Below the pieces are notes generated by a model. The model was not told where the DNA came from. It saw only the letters and a list, made by a program, of their open reading frames with translations, and did no database searches. Below, in pieces: positions 11,325-25,463 of a stretch of 64,000 bases of DNA. The stretch's first letter is position 1. The number at the start of each line of letters is the position of its first letter. The stretch spans positions 37,262,001-37,326,000 of the forward strand of contig OX597834.1 in assembly GCA_951406725.2 (NCBI GenBank). Reading direction: 5' to 3'. A program made the translations under genes and the position numbers. Source of the stretch: Octopus vulgaris. Lineage: Eukaryota.

Positions 11325-12347
11325 ATATATCTTATGTGATACAGAGGACATAGTTTCCTAGCTTTTATGCATCATATATGATACACATTACCAATTATGC
11401 GATATTTTTTCCGACTCGTTACGTTGTGAGTTCAAATCCCGGTTGCCATCAAATTTGCCTTTCATTCCTCCAGAGTCAATGGCATAAAGTACCAGTCACA
11501 GACTAACCCCTCCCTCAAAGTTCCTGGTTTTATACAAAAAAAAATGAAACCGTTCTGGTACGTAAACATAGAAACGACCAGCTGTATTCGCTAAGTTTGC
11601 AAATAAATAATTATTCTACGTAATTCACTAATTGGTTTTATCAAAGACTAATTAAGTCTTTATCAACCCTTTCCCCAGTCCGAAGGATTTTCATTAGTTT
11701 GTCCTAAACGTCCAAGGGTGCTACTTAAGATATCGGCGCTAGCTAGTCGTGACTAGTCGATCCTTACAACAAAGTAAATAAAACACAAAATAAATCATTT
11801 TTTACACAAAGGGGGGACAACTCTTCGAAAATCCTCTCGGCCGTCAGGGTTTCTATGAATTTGACATGTTAGGGTTTTCGTATAAAGAACATAACAGGCA
11901 TTTGTTGTTGTTCTTTAGTCCCAGATTAGCTTTTACTCGTGTGCTGGGAACCCACCGAAACATATATACATATATACACACACACACACATGTATGTATC
12001 CATTAATACTAATCTATCCTATCTATGTACAATAGCAACATATAAAACCTATATAGAAAACTTCTACATCAGGCCAATCGTCATCAATTTTATATTTCGA
12101 GAAGGCTCCCTGTAGGATATAAGTTTTCTGTAAAGGATGTATGTGTATTAAGTGGTATTTATCTTGCACCAATACATACATTATATTATGTCTTCATCAT
12201 ATGGCACAAGTAGCTTGCTTACCAACCACATGGTTCCAGGTTCATTCCCACAGCGTGGCACCTTGGGCAAGTGTCTTCTACCTTAGCCTCAGTCTGTCCA
12301 AAGCCTTGTGAGTGGATTTGGCAGACGGAAACTGAAAGAAGCCCGTC

Positions 12348-12421
<74 letters not shown>

Positions 12422-13729
12422 GTGTGTGTCCGTGTTTATGTGTGTGTCCGTTTATGTGTGTGTCCGTGTTTATATATATTTGTGTGTGTGTCCGATGGTG
12501 GTGTGTTTACGTCCCCGTAGCTTAGCAGTTCAGCAAAAGAGACTGATAGAATAAGTACTAGGCTTACAAAGAACAAGTCCTCGGCTAAAGGTGGTGCTCC
12601 AGCATGGCCGCAGTCAAATGACTGAAACAAGTAAAAGAGAGTAATATGTCCGAGTTCCATGCTGACAAGGGTTGGATGTCCGGACAAAGATCCAATGGTT
12701 TGCATGACTGGATGCCCTTTTGCCCTTTGTAATGCCATCCACTTTACAGTGTGTTCTGGGCGCTTTTTTTTTTGTGCCTCCGGCGTTTTTGAGTTCTCCA
12801 TGTAGCTCACAGATTAACAAAGCAAAATCAAGGACGGGGGGATGTTGCCTGTGTGTGTTAGTTGGGGGTTTAAGGTATGCAGGAAGGTGCTGGGGTGGAG
12901 CAGGTTCTTATTGTAGAAGAGTTTCTTGGCTACCCGCATTTAAGAGAGAAGTTGAAAATGAATTAGAACTATATCCAAGGAGATAGACAGTGGTAATAAG
13001 GTGTCCATGTGGGGGCCACAAGTAGCAGGATCTGTAGGGGGTGGGGTAAGCAGATGGTTTGTAAGTGTGTATAAGGTAAGAGAGTGAGAGAGAAAAAGAG
13101 GGAAGTTGAAGAGTGCCTTCAGAAACTCTGGGTTGGTGTCCAGCATAAGAGAAAAGCATAGGGAGTGAAGCATTTCTTAGCTTTTGTTAAAGCATGTCTC
13201 AAGAACCTGCTTCAAGCCCTGTACAAAAGCACTTGTGTCGGTACCGTGTACAAGTGCACTCCTGCTGTGCCACATAGGAAACACCCATACCGGTGTCATA
13301 TACAGAGCATCTGTGCTGGTGCCACATAATGAGTATTTGTGTCAGTTTCACGTAATAGTAACCCAGTCCACTCTGTAAAGTGGTTGGCATTAGGAAGGGC
13401 ATCCAGCTATAGAATCCATACCGAAACAGACTATTGGGGCCTGATCAGCTTTCTGGTTTTTCAGCTCCTATCAAATCATCCAACCCATGCCAGCATGGAA
13501 AGCAAACATTAAATGCTGATAACAATGATCATCATCATCATCATCACTCTTATCATTATCTTCATTTATATCTATTTTCATCAGATTAAACAATTCTATT
13601 TCTGTGATGTTTTTTTAAAAAAATCTTTTTAATCTTTCAAGGTGGTTTAAATGATTAACTGGGACGTCCATCTCCCCATTATTGTCGTCACTCCAGTTAA
13701 TCTACCAAAGCCTTCACCAACAGCTGACA

Positions 13730-13854
13730 ATGGGCACGGACAAGATTGAAAGCAGTTTGTGTGAGATAGAAGTGGTTGCTGAACAAATCCTCGCCAATAA
13801 ACAACAAATTGTTGACTTAGATAGGAAACGAAACCAAATTAGAGAAGCAATTAG
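13730..13854 (+). CDS. PDRG1: p53 and DNA damage-regulated protein 1 (prefoldin-like), coding exon (MGTDKIESSLCEIEVVAEQILANKQQIVDLDRKRNQIREAIR)
   Basis: Signature E..AE.IL..KQQIVDLDRKRNQ.RE..R; AG|GTAAAA donor, phase 2; the exon probably begins at 13697. Confidence 0.95.
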
Positions 13855-14100
13855 GTAAAAACTTTTCTTTGTTTTTCTTCTAAAAGTCTTTAAATGTTAT
13901 TTTTTGTTATTTATAGCTGTGTGGTTAAGATGTTTTCTTCTCAACCACATGGTTCCAGGTTCAATCCCACTGCATGACATCTTAAGTAAATGTATTCAAC
14001 TATAGACCTGGGGTGATTAAGGCCTTGTGAGTGGGATTGGTAGACAGAAACTGAAAGTAGTCTGTTGTATATGTCTCTGTTTTCCATGGCGTGTGTGTGA

Positions 14101-14430
14101 GTGGAGGCACAGTGGCCCAGTGGTAAGGGCAGCAGACTCGTGGTCTTAGGATCATGGTTTTGATTCCCAGACCAGACATTGTGAGTATTTATTGAGCAAA
14201 AATACCTTAAGCTCCACAAGGCTCTGGCAGGGGTTGGTGGTGAACCCTGCTGTACTCTTTTGCCACAACTTTCTTCCTGCTTCTGTTGTACCTGTATTTC
14301 AAAGGGTCAGCCTTGTCACACTCTGTGTCTCACTGAATCTCCCTGAGAACTATGTTAAGGGTACACATGTCTGTGGAGTGCTCAGCCACTTGCACGTTTG
14401 GAACCCTTGTCGTAACCAATGGAGTGCCAA
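14101..14430 (+). mobile_element. SINE family D (tRNA-like head GTGGAGGC.CA.TGGCCCAGTGGT.AGGGCAGC)
   Basis: A/B boxes; related copies at about 53968-54262(+) and 56367-56666(-). Confidence 0.75.
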
Positions 14431-14481
<51 letters not shown>

Positions 14482-14910
14482 CATATATGTTACTACTTTA
14501 AAAGAGATGCAAGTTCATTCCAGTTGATGGAGAAGGAGACTCTCCTCCTATTATTCTTGTAATCTGTCAACCAGTCAGGACTGGTCCCCCCAGTCAAGGG
14601 GATTTTGTTTTGTCTTACAAGAGGCTTGATGGCCCCACTGGTGTTGGTACCACATAAAAAATGCACCTAGCACACTCTGTGAAGTGGTTGGCATTAGGAA
14701 AAGCATCCAACCATAGAAACCATGCCAAAGCAGACAATGGAGTCTGGTGCAGTTCCCTGACTTGCCAGGTCCCGTTGAACCATATCTCCTGTATATTAAG
14801 ATGCCTGTTTCCATTCCCCAGTTATACCCTAACCTCTCATCTGGCAGAAAGCCACTTTTCTTGGTTCCACTTCCTCTCCCAGCTGAGAGATCTTTTACTG
14901 ACAAATTACT

Positions 14911-15150
14911 TGGTGGGCATACGGCCTAGTGGTTAAGAGCGTAGGCTACTAACCCCAAGATATCAAGTTCAATTGCAAGTAGTGACCTGAATACTACTAC
15001 TACTACTAATAATAATAATATCGAAAAATACCTTAGGAATTAGAACCCAGATTCAAAATTTCGCCAAGACACCTGATGAAGGCTATCAACCAAAACGTGT
15101 TAACAACAAACAAGATGAGGACAAATATTTGTCAAATGTAAATATTGTAT
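14911..15150 (+). mobile_element. SINE family E (tRNA-like head, (AAT)n, hammerhead-like motif), degenerate copy
   Basis: Same consensus as the copies at 42 kb and 50 kb; CTGATGA at 15073-15079. Confidence 0.7.
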
Positions 15151-16438
15151 TTATTTTGGATCAAACTATTATAAAATTATTCAAGTACTCATTATTTTGG
15201 ATTGGTTATGATTTATTATGAAATTGCTGATAGTTAATGATAGAAATAACATCATGAACGAAGTATTTCGAATTAGAAATGAATGACTGGTACATCAGAG
15301 TACAGTGAACACATGTTTTCGTTCAAATAAAGATTTACTAGACGTCTCTGAACGAAAATATAAAGGATAATATGTTAAGAGGTTAAGGCTGGCTGTGGCT
15401 TATTGGTACATGTTTTCTCTTTATTTGTTTGTCATTTGACTGCAGCCATGCTGGAGCACTGCCTTTAGTTGAACAAATTGACCGCTTATTCTATCGGTAT
15501 CCTTTGCTGAACTGCTAAGTTCCAAGAATGTAAACACACTGATATCGGTTTTCAAACGATGGTGGGGGGACAAACACAGACACACAAACTCACACACACA
15601 TGCATACATACATACATACACACACATATATATATATACATGTATGTATATACGACGGGCTTCTTTCAGTTTCCTTCTACCAAATCCACTCATAAGGCTT
15701 TGGTCAGCCTGAGGCTATATAGTAGAAGACACTTGCCCAAGATGTCACACAATGGGACTGAACCCGAAACCATGTGGTTGGTAAGCCAGCTACTTACCAC
15801 ACACCTACTCCAAGTTGTATAAAAATTGTTAAAATATTCTGTTTTGTGTGGCTGTATAACCACTTTATTGTGCATAAACTTGTCTGAAATACAGTTCTTT
15901 CATGGCCCCTGAAAAATTACCTTGGACCCCACCAAAATCTTATATGGATCCTAGTTGAAGGCCCCTGGTTTAAACCCACATATCAAAATGGATGTATATT
16001 CAATGAAAGTTATTTTTCTCTGAAGGGTCCTTCATGAAGATGCGAAAAGCACAAGAAATCATGTAAGGGAGATAATCTTTACTGCAAACCTCGACGGTGC
16101 TGTTACCACGTAAAACGCACCCAGTCCACTCTGCAAAGTGCATATTTTTCAAATCGCTATCTACCCATAAATAAAATCTCTTCAAATTTTGACACAAAGT
16201 CGGGTATTTGGGTGGGAGGTGGGGTGGTATGTCGGTTACAACGACCCCAGTACACAGTCGGTACCTGTTTTATCGACCCCAAAATGATGAAAAGCTAAGA
16301 CAACCTCGGCAAATAATCTTTACCCTGGGTGTTAGATTTCTTCACGGTAATGCTCCAGCATGGCCGCAGTCTAATGAATGAAATCTGTAAAAGATAAAAC
16401 ATTTGTAATTTTGTTTTTACCCTATTTTTTTGTTGAAG

Positions 16439-16539
16439 GGTTTTATCAAAGACGCATGGGGAAAAGAAATCTTGGGTTTGCATGAGTAATATGTTTATCA
16501 AAATGCCAGAAAAATCTACAAAGTCAATTTTAGAAAAAG
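16439..16539 (+). CDS. PDRG1: PDRG1 middle exon (VLSKTHGEKKSWVCMSNMFIKMPEKSTKSILEK)
   Basis: WVC..NMFIKMP motif; T-rich acceptor, AAG|GTAAGT donor; 101 nt, phase 2 to 1. Confidence 0.95.
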
Positions 16540-17084
16540 GTAAGTTCACACCATTTTTTTTTTTTTGTTCTTCCTCTTTTTTTTTTCTTTTCCTTTTATC
16601 TATAGTCATTGACCCCTGGAGTTCTTGACAGAATATCTGCAGTTAGGTTTGAACTTACAAATTGTATAACCCAGCCATCCTAGAAGGATTTTGTTATTGG
16701 AACCCTTTATAGAATCTCTACCAAAGAAAACAAATTTTTTCTTGTCTCAGTCTGCCTGGCTGACAAGCAAGTCCACACCACAGTCAGAAGCTTCACAGTG
16801 AAAAAAGGATGAATATCCAGATTTGAAAATTATTGCTCTGACAAAATTATCCCACAATGGGTTCTTTTATATAGGTGGTTGACTTGCTAGAGATGACAGC
16901 TAAATTTCCCTCAACCTTCATCCACTTATTATTACTAGAACAACAAAAGTGTGGATTGTACCCTTTGGCTATACACATTTCATAGGTTTGCTTAGGGCTA
17001 TGTGAAGACTACACTATCAAAGACTGCTCTATGTACCACAGTCCTGCTGGTTTAGGGCCGACCTAGAGCTGAGTTAAATTAATT

Positions 17085-17420
17085 TTTTGGCTCAAAAAGC
17101 AAAAAGCAAGGCCATGTAGGGGGACATGGAGTTATGTACAGGGAGGGTGTTCATGCAAAGAGTTCAGGCCATTTCTGGTTAAGAGAGACTTTGATCTGAG
17201 CGGCCGTCGGCATCTTCACTATCTTTTCCGGCAGCTTATTCCACGGAACCGCAACCTGGACGGAGAAAGCCCCTCTCCTTCGATGGAGATGAAATCGTCA
17301 CAGATAGAGCTTTTCGGAGTGACCCCACAGCCGACGCTCTGGAGCAGGAGTGAAGAATAGCTCTTTCGAGAGGTTACGCTTTCTGCTTATGATGTTGTGA
17401 GCGAGAATGAGATCATCAAA
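17085..17420 (-). mobile_element. CR1-group LINE 3' fragment (different family, decayed)
   Basis: DLILAHNII...GHSEKL...RRRGAFSVQVAVPWNKLPEKIV. Confidence 0.75.
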
Positions 17421-17634
17421 ATTATGGAGTTAAATAGCAACAGCATATAACCTATTTATGGTATGTTCTCATGGAAAAGCTAATATCAAACTATAAACTA
17501 TACCTGCTAATAAACACTAGAAGTTTGGTGTGTGAGTGTGATGCAAGTGCTGGAAATAGTGACATCAATGTTTGTAAGTTCAAACTGTATCACTAACACT
17601 TACTAGGTAATAAAACCGTGGAGCAAAAAATGTA

Positions 17635-18060
17635 TCAGTCTATCTGGCAGTTACTCACTTGCTATGTTAGTATGACAGACATTGACAAAGAGCATTAGTT
17701 AGTCACTAGCTATGTCAATATGACAAATAGCACCACCTACTCACCATTTATGTCAATACAACTGACATTGATAAACAGCATCAGTTATTTACCACTTATG
17801 TCTAATATGTTTGACATTGATAAAGAGTATTAGTTACTAGCTATGTCAATATGACAGTCTTGACTAAGGACATCAGTTACCAACTACGTCAATACGACAG
17901 ACATTGATAAAGAGCATCAGTTACATGCTATATCAATATGACTGGCATTGACAACAAGCATCAGTTACTAGCTATGTCAATATGACATATTGACAATGAG
18001 CATCAGTTACTAATTAGCTGTGTCAATATGACGAGCATTGACAACGAGTATCCATTAGTA
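17635..18060. repeat. ~45-bp minisatellite, about 9 diverged units
   Basis: Unit approximately CTATGTCAATATGACAGACATTGACAAAGAGCATCAGTTACTAG. Confidence 0.85.
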
Positions 18061-21000
18061 TATCAACATGAGATTTCAACAGATAATTCCTACAATATCG
18101 AACACCACGAGGTTAACACAACCAGCTGGCACCTCTTAGGGGCAGGAGATTCTTCAATAGAGGGCTCTCTCTCAAAAGTGTTGGGCTCCCTGTCAAACAT
18201 GATGAGCACTATCTTTCCTCCTGGGGTTATAAAACTGAAAGGATAAAAATTGCCCTCAACATTAGATAAACATATTGTAAATGGACGACTGTGTTAAAAC
18301 TTCAGAGAAGGAAGCATCTCATTTATGATTGTGTTCCTGTCTCTTCTCTAGTCGATCCTGGTCTAGCAGACGTGATCGAAGATGTTCCAGCCGTGACCAT
18401 CTCATCAGTTTTTCCAAACTACATTTGCATTGTCGTTTTCCTCTTTTTTTTTTCTTTTTTTTTTTGGCTTTTTGAATGGTAGGATATAATTGATAGAGAT
18501 TTGGCTGAGTTTTTTTTTTTACAAGAGTCGAGCAACCTTCCAAGAATCTTTCCCAAAGAGAGAATTGTAGGTAATACGATCACCTGCACATTGTTATAGA
18601 TACGTGGTTCGATTCCCGCCAATTCAATCTGTTCTTCTGTCACCATGACAGCCAATCCATATTAAGGAGGGCAGAAGTTATTTCCCTTACTGACGTTTAC
18701 TTTCACTAATTACTTCCTATTTTGTTGTTAGTTAACTATTAATTATCCTTAATCCAAAAGACATGATTAAAAAAAAAAAACTATTCCAGTCACGACAAAC
18801 TTTGCTTTTTCTTTTCTTTTTTTCCAAACATAGTGTCTCTAGAACTGAAATATTTTCGTGTGTAGTTTCGGTATTTTTCTTCTTTATTATGACGTCAGTA
18901 TCATCTGAGGGAGATTGGGTTAACATTCCTAGCATGGTGAACAACTAAGTAGAGGCTACCTCATCAAAAACGGCTTTTGGGCCTTCTACAATCAGGAATT
19001 TCTTCCTTCTTCATACTACAAACCCTCTATTAAAGAGTGGGAGCTTCTGTTTGTCAAAATTATAGGGACAATGGCTGGCCCTCTGGGACCTGTTATTTTC
19101 CCTGAATTGCAAGGACAATAACTGGCCTTGTGGGAGGTGTTATCTGTCAGAATTATAGGGGACATTTAATAGAACTTGTGAGGTCTTATTGCCTTTCAGA
19201 ATTATAGGGACAGTATCTCGCCTTACATATAGGAATAACAACACCATATTTGTAAATGTCTCTCTCTCTTTACTCTTTTACTTGTTTCAGTCATTTGACT
19301 GCGGCCATGCTGGAGCACCGCCTTTAATCGAGCAACTCGACCCCGGGACTTATTCTTTTTGTAAGCCCAGTACTTCTATCGGTCTCTTTTGCCGAATCGC
19401 TAAGTGACGGGGACATAAGCACACCAGCATCGGTTGTCAAGCAATGCTAGGGGGACAAACACACACACGCATATATATATATATACATATATACGACGGG
19501 CTTCTTTTCAGTTTCCATCTACCAAATCCACTCACAAGGCTTTGGTCGGCCCAAGGCTATAGTAGAAGACACTTGCCCAAGGTGCCACGCAGTGGGACTG
19601 AACCCGGAACCATGTGGTTGGTAAGCAAGCTACTTACCACACAGCCACTCCTGCGCCTGTACGTTTCTGTGACAAATATTCCAGTTATTCAATCAACTGA
19701 ACTCTCTATTCACTGAATTGTAGTGTATGTGGTTGGGTATTCCACAGACGTGTGTATCGTTCATGTAATCAGAAGGCAAAAATCAGTGTGACTCAGTGTG
19801 TAACAGTTCAATATGAATGTGTCTGGGTATAAAAATATACATCATAAAACCTGGTACTTATTCTATCGGTCTTTTTTGCCAAGCCACTAAGTCACAAGGA
19901 CATAAACACACTAACATTGGTTGTCAAGCAGTGGTGAAGGACACACACATGATGGGCTTTTTTCAGTTTTTGTCTACCAAATCCACTCATAATGAAAACA
20001 AAGGTAGAATATTCCTAAACAAATATAACAAAAGAGTTGAAGACGACTTTCCAGTTGTGACCATTTCATCTGTTTCTGGCTATCATATTTGTAAACTGTT
20101 ATGTTCTATATTATATTACATACACTTGTATGTAATATAAAAGAGATTTGGCTGCTACTTCTAGCATGACTGACCAACTCCATAGAGGCTCCAGTTTTGG
20201 CTCGTTACACCTTTCAGATTAATTATATTTTGTGATTGCTATTCTCATCCTAGGTACCCTAACACGCAGGTAAAGGCTTATGGACAAGGTACATAACTCT
20301 GTCAGACTTGTTTGCTGAAAGGTACCTTGTGTGTTATCCGTGTGAGTATATGCATATCTCTCTTAGTTGTTTCAGTCATTTGACTGTGGCCATGCTGGAG
20401 CACCGCCTTTAGTCGAGCAAATCGACCCCGAGACTTATTCTTTGTAAGCCCAGTACTTATTCTATCGGTCTCTTTTGCCGAACCGCTAAGTGATGGGGGA
20501 CGTAAACACACCAGCAAGACACTTGCCCAAGATGCCACGCAGTGGGACTGAACCCGGAACCATGTGGTTGGTTAGCAAGCTACATACCACACAGCCACTC
20601 ATAGATATATATGTATTTATGTCTTCCACACATACAGGCTTGTCCTTCCAATTGATGGTGCCACTTAAAATGCACCTGTGACCGTGCCGCATAAATGTGC
20701 CTATCCCAGTGGCATGTAGAAAGCACCCAGCACCCTCTGCTAATTGGTTGGCGTTAGGGAGGACACCCTGCTGTAGAAACCATACCAGCCCACACTGTAC
20801 TTCATCATCATCATCATCATTTACCATCTGTTGTCCAAGCTGGTATGGGTCGGATGGTTTGACTGGGCCAGCATGCTAGAAGGCTGTGCCAGGTTCCAGT
20901 CCGATTTGGCATGGTTTTCTATGGTTGGATGCCCTTCCTAATGCCAACCAATCCAAGAGTGTAACGTGTGCTCTTATGTGCCCCTGGCATGGGTGCCATT

Positions 21001-21549
21001 TGCGTGACACCGGTATCTACCACAACTGTGCTTTTGCTCAGCTTGTTGGGTCTTCTTCTCAAGCACGACATAATTCTTTTCTACTCTAGGTACAAGGCCT
21101 GACATTTTCTAGGAGGGGGCCAGCTGATTAGATCAACCCCAGTACACAACTGGTACTTAATTTATCATCCCCAAAAGGATGAAAGGCAAAGTTGGCCTTG
21201 GCGGAATTTGAACTCGGAACGTCTTGGTCAGAAGTAAAAACCATGTCAAGGTAGAACTCGGTGCTATGTTAAAGGCACCAAGGCCACGGTGTAAAGTGGT
21301 TGGCATCTGGAAGGGCATCTAGCCATAAAAGCTATGCTGAAACAGATCTCAGCAGTCGTGGTGCCATGTAAGAAGCACTTGGTCCCCTCAGTAAGGTGTT
21401 TGGCATTATGAAGGCCAAGGGCTGGCAGCCATAAAGGCCATGCCAAAACAGACAGTGAAGCCTGGTGCGGTTTTCTGCTGAGTCAGTTCCTGTCAGACCG
21501 TCCAACCCATGCCAGCATGGAAAATGGACGTTAAGTGATATGTGTCGGT

Positions 21550-22010
21550 GTGTGTGCACAAGTGTGTGTGTGGGTGTATACATTTGTATGTATGTGTATA
21601 CATATGCATGTATGTGTATACATATGTATGTATGTGTATACATACATATATATATATATGTATGCATGTGTATACATATGTATGCATGTGTATACATATG
21701 TATGCATGTGTATACATATGCATATATGTGTGTATATATATATGTATGTATGTGTATACATATGTATGAATGTATACATTTGCATGTATGCATGTGTATA
21801 GATATGTATGTATGTATATTCATTTGTATGTGTATGCATGTGTTTGTGTATACATATGTACATATGTGTATGTTTGTGTATACAAATGTACATGTATACA
21901 TATATATATATAGATAGATATGTATATCTAAACATATGTATATATGTGTATGTAATGTATGTGTGTGCATATATAAATATAATGTATGTATATATAAATT
22001 ATATATAAAT
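21550..22010. repeat. TG/TA compound microsatellite
   Basis: Direct inspection; similar tracts at 10480-10635, 23690-24180, 28135-28620, 36305-36560, 38920-39320, 43440-43880. Confidence 0.9.
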
Positions 22011-22699
22011 ATATAATTTTTTTGAATTTTACTCCACTGGAGTTCACAGTATATAGAGAAAGCCAGCAAGACTGCATGCCTAAACAATGCTATTCAAAAC
22101 AGAAATAGAACATAAAAAATAAATTATTCTCCTCCAAAAATCTCTTTAACCACACAATATACTTATCTCGCATCACATTTAAAAATCCATTTCTAGTTTT
22201 ATCATGTATAACGTAATTATCACAGTAGGTAAAATTTACGATGTTAATTATGATACCTGACAACCTGCTAAAGCCTAATGCTGCCTTCAATATGCCCAGT
22301 GCCCTCTTAGGGGCTGTGCTGCCCACTTTGTAAAGCTCTGGTTCAAACGAAGAAAGGGATCTGTTTACTTAAGTAAACTGATCCAATGATATGCAAATTT
22401 TTCAACCCTTGAAAACCTGTTCTTCTTCTAAGGCTATCCTAAGATAACAGATGTGAACTATCTGGCAATCATTGAGAATGGAACGAAACAGGAAAGGTAT
22501 AACGGCAAATATCTATTAATCTGTACGGAATGACACAACGAGGGTATTAAACTAATCCGACCGAATTCCAGAGCTTTTGTTAAAGAGAACGATGTGGAAA
22601 ATATCCTTCTGTGCGTGGATAATGTGGTGAGAGATATTTGCCACATCTGCCTGTTATTTACACACCTGCACACACACACTCACTCACACCCATGAATGT

Positions 22700-22852
22700 G
22701 TGTATGTAACTGTGTGTGTGTATATATATATCCATCTATATGTGTGTGTATATATATATATATCCATCTGTATGTGTGTGTATATATATATATATATCTA
22801 TCTATGTATGTGTGTGTGTGTGTGTATATATATATCCATCTGTATGTATGTG

Positions 22853-22883
<31 letters not shown>

Positions 22884-22920
22884 CCATCTGTTTGTGTGTG
22901 TATATATATATATATCCATT

Positions 22921-22952
<32 letters not shown>

Positions 22953-23090
22953 ATCATACTCACACAGATGGAAATATCTATATTTGTGTGTGGGTAGATA
23001 TGTAACTGTGTGTGTGTGTATATATATATATATGTATCCATCTGTATGTGTGTGTATACATATATATATATATATATGTATCCATCTGTA

Positions 23091-23129
<39 letters not shown>

Positions 23130-23290
23130 ATCTGTATGTGTGTATATATATATATATATATCCATCTGCGTGTGTGTGTATGTATATATATATATATATA
23201 TAATCATACTCACACAGATGAATATATCTATATTTGTGTGTGGGTAGATACATATATATAAATAGATATATGTATATGAATGGATACATC
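22700..23290. repeat. Compound minisatellite (TATCCATCTGTATGTGTGTG(TA)n) with a higher-order duplication
   Basis: The block TAATCATACTCACACAGATG...GGGTAGATA recurs at about 22951 and 23201. Confidence 0.85.
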
Positions 23291-23692
23291 TATACATTTG
23301 TGTGTATGTGTGTGTGCATGTTATATATATATATATATGTGTGTGTGTGGTTGGATGGATGGATGAACAGATTTGAATTTCAGAGATTTGTCATAGAAGA
23401 TTAGCTGTTGGAGATATTCTTAATACATTTCTGTTAATACTAGGGAATCCTCTGTTGTCAATAAATATTGGTTATTCCACTTATATTCTCCAGATAAAAT
23501 TTCCTCTCTTACACTATCTCAACTTTGTCTTTGTTCTCTATTTTTTTTTCTGGTTTTGAACTCTTTTATCTCTGGGTTGGTTCATTGGTTGGTTGTGTGT
23601 GTGTTGTTGTTTTTTTACTTCCATTCACTTTGGTAAATGTTTAAGTTTTTGAAATAACATCAAAAGTACTAATTTTTTTTTAAATGTAGTTA

Positions 23693-23740
<48 letters not shown>

Positions 23741-24024
23741 TAGATATATATGCATGTATATATATATATATATATGCATATATATTCACATTTATATATA
23801 CATACATATCTATGCATATATATATATACACGCCTACATATATATACATACACATATATGTATTTATATATACATATCTATACATGTATATATAGATATG
23901 TATACACATATACATACGTGTATATATATATGTAAACACATACATATATATATATGTATATATATATGCATACATATATGTATGTATATATATATATATA
24001 TATATATGCATACATATATGTATG

Positions 24025-24056
<32 letters not shown>

Positions 24057-25009
24057 GATTATATATATATTTTTTTGTCTCTGTATGTGTATATATGTGT
24101 GTGTATGTATATATAATTATATGTGTATCTATCTATCTATATAAATATGCATACATATATATATATGTGTGTGTGTGTATGTAATGTATTTATGAAACTC
24201 TTATGCTTAGACCAGTGAAACAGTTGTAATACTGATGCATATGTGCACTCACAGAAACATACACAAACCTGCACATACATGCATGAACTCTCCGACACAT
24301 GCACTCACAGATACCCTCCCACGCATACTGATGCACTCACATACGTACACATGCTCTCACATGCTCTTACACTCCCACAAAAAAAAAAGTAAAAAAACAC
24401 CATGAATTCTAATTTTTTTTTTCAAACCTGAAAATAATATTTCTTAAAGTCAAAACAGTAGTTTTGGAATTTCTTTTTCTTGTACTAGAAAAAGAAAATT
24501 AATATTTCTTCATAACCAAAATTTAATGCTTCTAGCGTAACCATCTTGCGATTTATTTTTAGACTCTAAATTCATAAAAGTCACAAGTATTTTTCTAGTT
24601 TTTTTGTTTTCTTTTTTTTCGGTTTTTTTTTTTTTCTATCTTCTCAATAATGTGAGATCTAATTTGTAGAATTCTCACTCAACTATTGCAAATAATAATT
24701 TCTTGTGTCTAAAAGTTCCCGAATTCAGTGTTGACTTAATGAACTGATATAAATTTCCAATAAACTTCATGTCTGAAAAATTTTCCACTCTCCTTCTGTG
24801 AGTATCCCTTCATGTTTACATTGTGTGTATGTATGTGTGTGGCTGTGAGGTAAGGAGATTGCTTTGGCCATCTGTATTCACAATTGTGCTCCTTTCTTCT
24901 GGTTGGCACGGGGTTGTGAGATAAATTTGTTTATCACCACAGCTCCACTTCTGCCAAGTGCAAAATATCTTGTAGAATTTATTCACCCTGTCTTTCTCTT
25001 TCCTTTCAG

Positions 25010-25167
25010 ATTATGACAAATTGGACATAGAAATAAATTCTCTTCGTAAAACTTTGAAAACTGAGATGAATCAGTTACGGGACTTGGAAAATCAGGATGC
25101 CCTTACAGGTTTCGATTTGAAGCCTCTTTCAAACCAAGAGATCAAAGCTATTGAAAGTCTCATCTGA
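25010..25167 (+). CDS. PDRG1: PDRG1 last coding exon (DYDKLDIEINSLRKTLKTEMNQLRDLENQDALTGFDLKPLSNQEIKAIESLI*)
   Basis: TTTCCTTTCAG acceptor; L.GF.L.PL...E.KA motif; TGA at 25165-25167; the three exons total 384 nt = 127 aa plus stop. Confidence 0.95.
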
Positions 25168-25354
25168 CTTTCACAAGTTTTGAACCCAGGACACTTCTTT
25201 TAAAGGTGCATCATTTCTGATTCTTGTTGCTTATGCACACACAAACTGTTGATGGAATCATCCACTGGTAATTCAAAACCTCTTTGTAAATACCATATTC
25301 AAGACCCTGTAAGATCCCATGCTGATGTCTTTACTCAAAAAAATCACAATGTTG

Positions 25355-25360
25355 AATAAA
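25355..25360 (+). terminator. Polyadenylation signal of PDRG1
   Basis: AATAAA about 190 nt after the stop codon, just before a Helitron insertion. Confidence 0.65.
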
Positions 25361-25463
25361 AAGTTGTGATAACTCAACACTTGTCTGAATTCATATTAAA
25401 TTAAGGTGCATTGTATCAGGATTGCCCTGTCTGTTTGTATCTGCTTGTGTCGTTTCTGTCTTA

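Noticed and set aside
18732-19010. Minus-strand ORF and a KAVFDE fragment suggestive of a Rho GTPase C-terminus
   Set aside because: Stop codon follows within four codons, the phase is incompatible with the 18234 acceptor, and no GTPase motifs are present
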